64,000 nucleotides of DNA, taken from the NCBI RefSeq assembly GCF_902713615.1, contig NC_052158.1, forward strand, positions 151,793,400-151,857,399, written 5' to 3'. This DNA is from Scyliorhinus canicula. Its lineage: Eukaryota. Below, one piece after another: positions 57,950 through 64,000 of this stretch (its first letter is position 1; every line of letters starts with the position of its first letter). A program made the position numbers and the translations under genes. Under the pieces are notes generated by a model. It saw nothing but the letters and a program-made list of their open reading frames with translations. It made no database searches and was not told the DNA's origin.

Positions 57950-59350
57950 GGTAATTATAGACTGGTGAGCCTGATGTCAGTGGTAGGAAAGCTGCTGGAA
58001 AAGATACTGAGGGATAGGATTTGTTTCCATTTGGAAGAAAATGGGCTTATCAGTGATAGGCAACATGGTTTTGTGCAGGGAAGGTCATGTCTTACCAATT
58101 TAATAGAATTCTTTAAAGAAGTTACAAAGTTGATTGATGAGGGAAGGGCTGTAGATGTCAGAACGTAGACTTCAGTAAGGCGTTTGATAAGGTTCCCTGT
58201 GGTAGGCTGATGGAGAAAGTGAAGTCTCATGGGGTCCAGGGTGTACTAGCTAGATGGATAAAGAGCTGGCTGGGCAACAGGAGACAGGGAGAAGTAGTGG
58301 AAGGGAGTTTCTCAAAATGGAGAACTGTGACCAGTGGTATTCCACAGGGATCCGTGCTGGTACCACTGTTGTTTGTGATATACATAAATGATGTGGTGGA
58401 AGGTATAGGTGGTCTGATTAGCTAGTTTGCAGATGACACTAAGATTGGTGGAGTAGCAGATAGTGAAGGGGACTGTCAGAGAATACAGTAGAATATAGAT
58501 AGATTGGAGAATTGGGCGGAGAAATGGCAGATGAAGTTCAATCCGGGTAAATGCGAGGTGATGCATTTTGGAAGATCCAATTCAAGAGAGAACTATACGG
58601 TAAATGAAAAAGCCCTGGGAAAATTGATGTACAGAGAGATCTGGGTGTTCAGGTCCATTGTACCCTGAAGGTGGCAACGCAGGTCGATAGAGTGGTCAAG
58701 AAGGCATACGGCATGCTTTCCTTCATCAGAACGGGTATTGGGTACAAGAGTTGGCAGGTAATGTCACAGTTGTATAAGACTTTGGTTCAGCCACATTTGG
58801 AATACTGCGTACAGTTCTGGTCGCCACATTACCAAAAGGATGTGGATGCTTTGGAGAAGGAGCAGAGGAGGTTCACCAGGATGTTGCCTGGTATGGAGGG
58901 CGCTAGCCATGAAGAGAGGTTGAGTAGATTAGGATTATTTTCATTAGAAAGACGGAGGTTGAGGGGGAACCTCATTGAGGTCTACAAAATCATGAGAGGT
59001 ATAGACAGGGTGGACAGCAAGAAGCTTTTTCCCACAGTGGGGGACTCAATTACTAGGGTTCACAAGTTCAAGGTGAGAGGGGAAAAGTTTCAGGGAGAGA
59101 TACATGGAAAGTTCTTTACGCAGAGGATGGTGGGTGCCTGGAACGCATTTCTGGTGAAGGTGGTAGAGGCGGGCACGATAGCATAATTTAAGATGCATCT
59201 AGACAGATACATGAATGGGCAGGGAGCAAATGGATACAGATCCTTAGAAAATAGGCGACAGTTTTAGGTAGAGTATCTGGATCGGCGCAGGTTTGGAGGG
59301 CTGAAGGGCCTGTTCCTGTGCTGTAATTTTTCTTTGTTCTACTTTGTTCT
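57950..59350 (+). mobile_element. CR1/HER1 LINE: RT domain to 3' end, with stops and frameshifts
   Basis: [75 protein letters not shown]; (tttgttc)n tail. Confidence 0.93.
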
Positions 59351-60929
59351 TGATGTGAATTTGCATAGCAGTGAGAAATGCGTGTTTCTCTAAGTGACTG
59401 GATAAAGTAAGTGCATTTAGTGCATTCCAATCACTCAAGTGTGTGATTCACTGCTCTGACATTTGTTTGATTTGTTCAATATTTACAAGCATTGGGATTG
59501 CACTACTCAGGCCACTCCAGCGTGAAGGGATATGAATAGATCAAAGCTACAGATGTTTTTTACGAGCTGTCAATCACAGACCACTACTCGGAAGATATAC
59601 AAGGATTGCAGCTAGTGGATATGTGGGAACCAGAGGCAGGCACAGTTGTTCTCCTTCCAGGATTGGATACGTGGAGCTGCAAGGTATGCATCACAGCTAC
59701 AATGAGTCCTACAGTCCTGTCCGGACTGATCTCTAGCTTGCAGACAGGGGTCTCTTTTCTGTGGGGTGGGGTTAATATTACATTGGTCTCTGTGAGGGGG
59801 GGGGGGTTTCCTTGTCACAGGGGTCCCTGTGGGGTCCCCATATTCCAGGGGTCCCTGTGGGAGAGTCACTATCACAGGGGTCCCTGTGAGAGTCCTCCTA
59901 TTACACGGGACCCTATCAAGGTAGTCCCTTTGGGAAAGGGCCCTAACACATGGGTTTCTGTGGGGGGTGGGGGGGGGGGGGCGAGTTGGCCATTCCCGTA
60001 CTTCGGAGTGGGGGGCACCCAAGCAATCCAGGCTTGAAGGGCAGCCATTTGATGGGGGGGGGGGGGGTGTTAAGGGAGTGATTTGTGTCTGGGGAGGTGC
60101 AGGGAAGGGTGCCGGCCGCTAGACCTCAATTTTGGGCCGCCCGCTCAAGATGGCTGCTGGATAACGGGATTCCCTGGATATCCCTCGTATTCCACACCAA
60201 GCATAAATGTGCATGGTGTGGAACACTGAATTGCATACCGCTTTATGACCAGAAGGGGATTGTAAAACTGGTGCTATTCAGCTCTGCAGGAGTCTCCCAA
60301 ACGCAGAATTCAGCCTGAGGCTCCTGCCCCGTGCCAGGCGGGGGTGGGGGGGGAGGGGGGGGGACTTGCGTCATCCAGTTGGCACTTCTGGCTGAAGATA
60401 TTTGCCAGCGCTTCAGCCTTGACTTTTGAACTGCTGTTGTGAGCTCCACCATCATTGTGGATGGGGCTAGTTGTGGACTTACATTCTCTAGTTAGTTGCT
60501 TAATGTTACACCAGCATTCACGTCTGAGTGTTGCAAGACTGCAATGTTTAGACCCCATGCGTTGGATATTGCATTGCTAAACTATTTCTATTGGCTCACG
60601 GCCTACAGCTCAGAAGTGATTGCTGCAGAGTTGATAGATGCACAGGGCTTTGATCCCATCAATTTTCCCTGGATTCTAGAACAGTTCCATGGCCCCAAAT
60701 GAATCAAAGGTAACTTCGCTATTCGAGGAAGAAGAGGCTGGATTTTCGGGTTCCCCAGCAGAGTGCTTCTCGGCGGCGCCATGTTCGCTAGCGGCCGTAT
60801 TTTCTACTCCAGCCGCTTGCCAGTTGGGATTTCCCATTTAAGCTATCCCCATATCGCCATACGCAGGCTTGATTGTGCTACCGGCGGGAACAGAGAATCC
60901 CAACGGCCGTTGGATTCCAGACAACAGGT

Positions 60930-61430
60930 CACATATAGGATACCATAATCGGGATTGACAAAGTTAACATAGATTTATGAACGGAAAATCAGATTCGACA
61001 AACCTGTTACTGTTTTTGCGAATATAAGTAAGAGGATGGATAAGGGATCAGTAGATATGGCATATTTACCTTTGTAAAAATAATTCAGCAAAGCGCAGCA
61101 TAATAGGTTATTACATTTAAAAAGTGTTCATGGTACTGGGTGCAACATAATAGACTGGATGTCGATTAATTAATGGATAGACAACAGAGAACAGGATTAA
61201 CATGACATATTCAGGGTGGCAGGCTGTCATTCGTGGGATTCTGAATAGATCAATAGTTGGGTCTGGTTATTTAAAGACTAATATCAATGACTTAGATGAG
61301 GGAACTGAATTTAATGTTTTCAATGCTGATGATACAAAGTTATTTGGGGAAGCTTATCTGTGAAACGAGGCAAATAAGCTGCAAAGGTTTAACGTCAAGT
61401 TAGTGGGCATGAAAGGGGCAGATGATTATT
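60930..61430 (+). mobile_element. Highly degraded CR1 RT fragment
   Basis: INDLDEG..ADDTKL remnants. Confidence 0.55.
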
Positions 61431-62338
61431 CCTTGCGAATAATATCCTCCCACAGTCCAAAGACGTGCAGGTTAGGTGGATTGGCCATGATCAATTGCCC
61501 ATAGTGACCAAAACAGGAGGGGTTGTTGGGTTACGAGGATATGGTGGAAGTGAGGGCTTAAGTGGGTCCATGTAGGCTCGATGGGCCGAATGACCTCCTT
61601 CTACACTGTATGTTCTATGTTCTATGTTCTTTCAGTCATTTCTATACTGCCTTATCGCATTTTACTCAATATTGCGCACAATGAAACAATAGTCTTACTT
61701 TTCCGCTTTTGGAAACAACCAGAATGCCACTATGAGTTAATTAGAATGGGGCATATGGATGGAAAGAGTGAGATAAGGATGGCAAGGGAGGAATAAAAGG
61801 AATAGCATGAGAAGGATGGCACGGAATGCATGAGAGGCATGGCCGAGTGGAGAGGATGAGATGATGGAGTAGGTTAAGTGTGGTAAAATACCGGGATCAA
61901 TTATTTGATATATTTTATTATTCAAACATTAATTTTGAGCTAACAATCAAGACTCACTAGATTTAAAGGTTTTAGAAAGCTGTCAATTGAATTAATAAGT
62001 CAGTGTTGATTCAGAAAGAAAGAAGATGAAATCAGTTTATATCCTCCACAGTTTTTGCTCAGCGAGACTCCTGTGCACAAGCCATCACAGAAACTTGGAC
62101 TCATGGAACGAGCAGTTCTAATGTTTCGAAACTTGAATATTTAACACGACTTTACCATGAACACGTTTAGTAGTGAGCAAATTGATTTCTCCGATGACCA
62201 ATGCTGAAATTATAATAAGCATATTTCAAAGAAATAGAGTTATTCCTCGAATAGTTTGAGTCCAAAATTAGAAGGTGCTGTCTGAGGGCACTGGACTTGT
62301 AAATACTGTGGGTAATAGGGTAATACTGTGGGAACCTG

Positions 62339-62993
62339 TGGCTGGATTCACTGTTTTTGGGACTATGTCCCCACGCCATCATAAAAAAGTGGACTTTCAC
62401 GCTAGAAAAACTGGCATGAAAGGGCCACATATTCCTAGCCCTGCAGGGGGCGAGGAGGGACCCGACGTGGATCTAGCAGATTTTGCTGTAGATACGGCCC
62501 CCCCACTTCCGGGTCAGAGGCTGCGCATGTGCATGGCAGCAACCTCCAGTGGCCGCACCATGCTCCATGGCGGACTCAGACCGTGGAGCAGGACTCTAAA
62601 CATAGACCACCGATAGCCCGCAAGCCCGACCAGGACCACCTGCTCGAACAGTGCCCGGCTGCATACAAGGCTCCCTCTGCCCTCCGATTGGCCTGCCCCC
62701 AACCAGGGCGGCCATGCACTGAGGCTGCAGCTGCCACGCTAGTGTCCCTACCGGCCAGACCACATTTGATCCACGCCATCGGGACTTCGGCCAGTCGGGG
62801 GCAGAGATGGCAGAGCGGGCCTCCAACAATGGCCTCAGCTAAGATGTGTGGCGCGATGTACTCTCCAAGTATGTCGCTTTTCGGGCCCCGGAGAAACGGG
62901 ACACAGGCGCCAGTCCCGATTCCACGCGGGAACTGGATTCTCCACCCTGGCGCCGGTCGCGAGTTTGGTGTCTGGGTTTGGAGAATCCAGCCC
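62339..62993 (+). mobile_element. Non-autonomous PIF/Harbinger-type element inserted in a SINE
   Basis: TIRs tggctggattc / gaatccagccc; 3-bp TSD ctg (62336-62338 / 62994-62996). Confidence 0.78.
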
Positions 62994-64000
62994 CTGGGCT
63001 CCCAAAGCAGATGGTGCAGTTTGAATTCAATTGAAATCTGGAAATAAAAGTCTAATTATGACTATGAAACAATTGTGGATTGTTGTAAAAACCCAACTGG
63101 TCCTTTAGGGAAGGAAATCCGCCATCCGTACCTGATCTGACCTACATACCACTGCAGACCCACAGTAACTTGGTTGACTTTTAATTGCCAGCTCAAGGGC
63201 AATTAGGGATGGGCAATGAATGCTGACCCAGCCTGCGACACCCAATTCCCATGAACGAATAAAATAAAATCCATGATGTTTTTTGAATAAGTGTTAGCAG
63301 ATTGAGGACTTAACACATTTTAAAAGGTCCTTCTCTCCGCCTGGTGAGCCCACTGTTCGCATTCGATTTCCGAATTTTTGAAATTGGTGTGATACTCCTC
63401 AGACAAAAAATATAGACTGCATTGTTTCTTCAACATTTGAATCGGGGCTTACACCAGTTATGGGAAGCTGAAGCTATATTCACATAAACAGATATCCTCA
63501 TAGCTGAACGCCCTTTCGGAAACGCGGGCGGAAATGTATTTATTGGTCAAAAGGAACATCAATGCTTTCCCTTGTATCCCTCACTCCCCCAAAAAATGAA
63601 TCACCTCCCTGCGACACTGTCAGTCACCCCTTCCCCAGTGCATCGCCTCGTTTGGAGACATTCCCTTTTTGACTGACTCCTCAGAGGGGACTTGCGGCTG
63701 GATTCTTCATTCCTGAGAAAGTGTTGACACCGGTTCGTGGTTCGAGGACTTCCGCAACAGCAAAACTGGCGCCGCACCTGGACCCGTTCAGTGACAAAGG
63801 TCCAGCAGAATATATCTTAGAAGGCAGGATTCCCCAGGATTCTCCCTCGTTGAACATCTCAACGAGGAAATGCAGTCTTGCTGATTGCAACAGCCCCATA
63901 GCCACTTTTACCAAGTAGGATAGATACTCATTGTCAGCCAGGTTCCCAGCAGTTTACCGGGCAGTGCTCATTGACACGCTGCCTGACTTTAGCAGTTGAG

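Noticed and set aside
57950-59350. Possible active LINE reverse transcriptase
   Set aside because: 5'-truncated with stops and frameshifts; no endonuclease domain or ORF1
59600-60320. GC-rich ORFs on both strands with short gggtccctgtg repeats
   Set aside because: Low-complexity, probably transposon-internal sequence; no protein motif or exon structure

Overview
Eukaryotic (vertebrate) genomic DNA, most likely a cartilaginous fish (shark): the repeats look like HE1-type V-SINEs, HER1/CR1 LINEs and Deu-domain SINEs. The window holds part of a cluster of class C GPCR chemoreceptor genes (V2R/OlfC, 'CaSR-like'). Gene A (- strand) has exons 1-4 in the window and runs off the left edge. Gene B (- strand, 26212-19119, 6 exons, 855 aa) and gene C (+ strand, ~37603-52476, 6 exons, ~863 aa) are complete and head-to-head. 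All modelled exons have GT-AG boundaries, consistent phases and no internal stops. Most remaining sequence is transposon-derived: CR1, L2, Rex1-like, RTE, SINEs, hAT/Charlie, Harbinger and Penelope-like. The most notable non-genic signal is a set of Penelope-like fragments carrying minimal type I hammerhead ribozyme motifs (TCAC-CTGAnGA-A-stem II-GAAA-GC-TA-GTGA), all in intron 2 of the receptor genes. One is a ~720-bp TSD-flanked palindrome with a hammerhead on each strand. Another is a sense-strand hammerhead with a canonical core whose host fragment runs directly into the exon-3 splice acceptor of gene C. Also noted: a ~250-bp inverted duplication bracketing the promoter and exon 1 of gene A, two hAT elements sharing a triplicated 8-bp target site, a shared O/E-like + TATA promoter layout, and a minisatellite born inside a SINE. 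Everything was read by eye. Repeat boundaries are approximate, and family names come from recalled motifs, not database searches.
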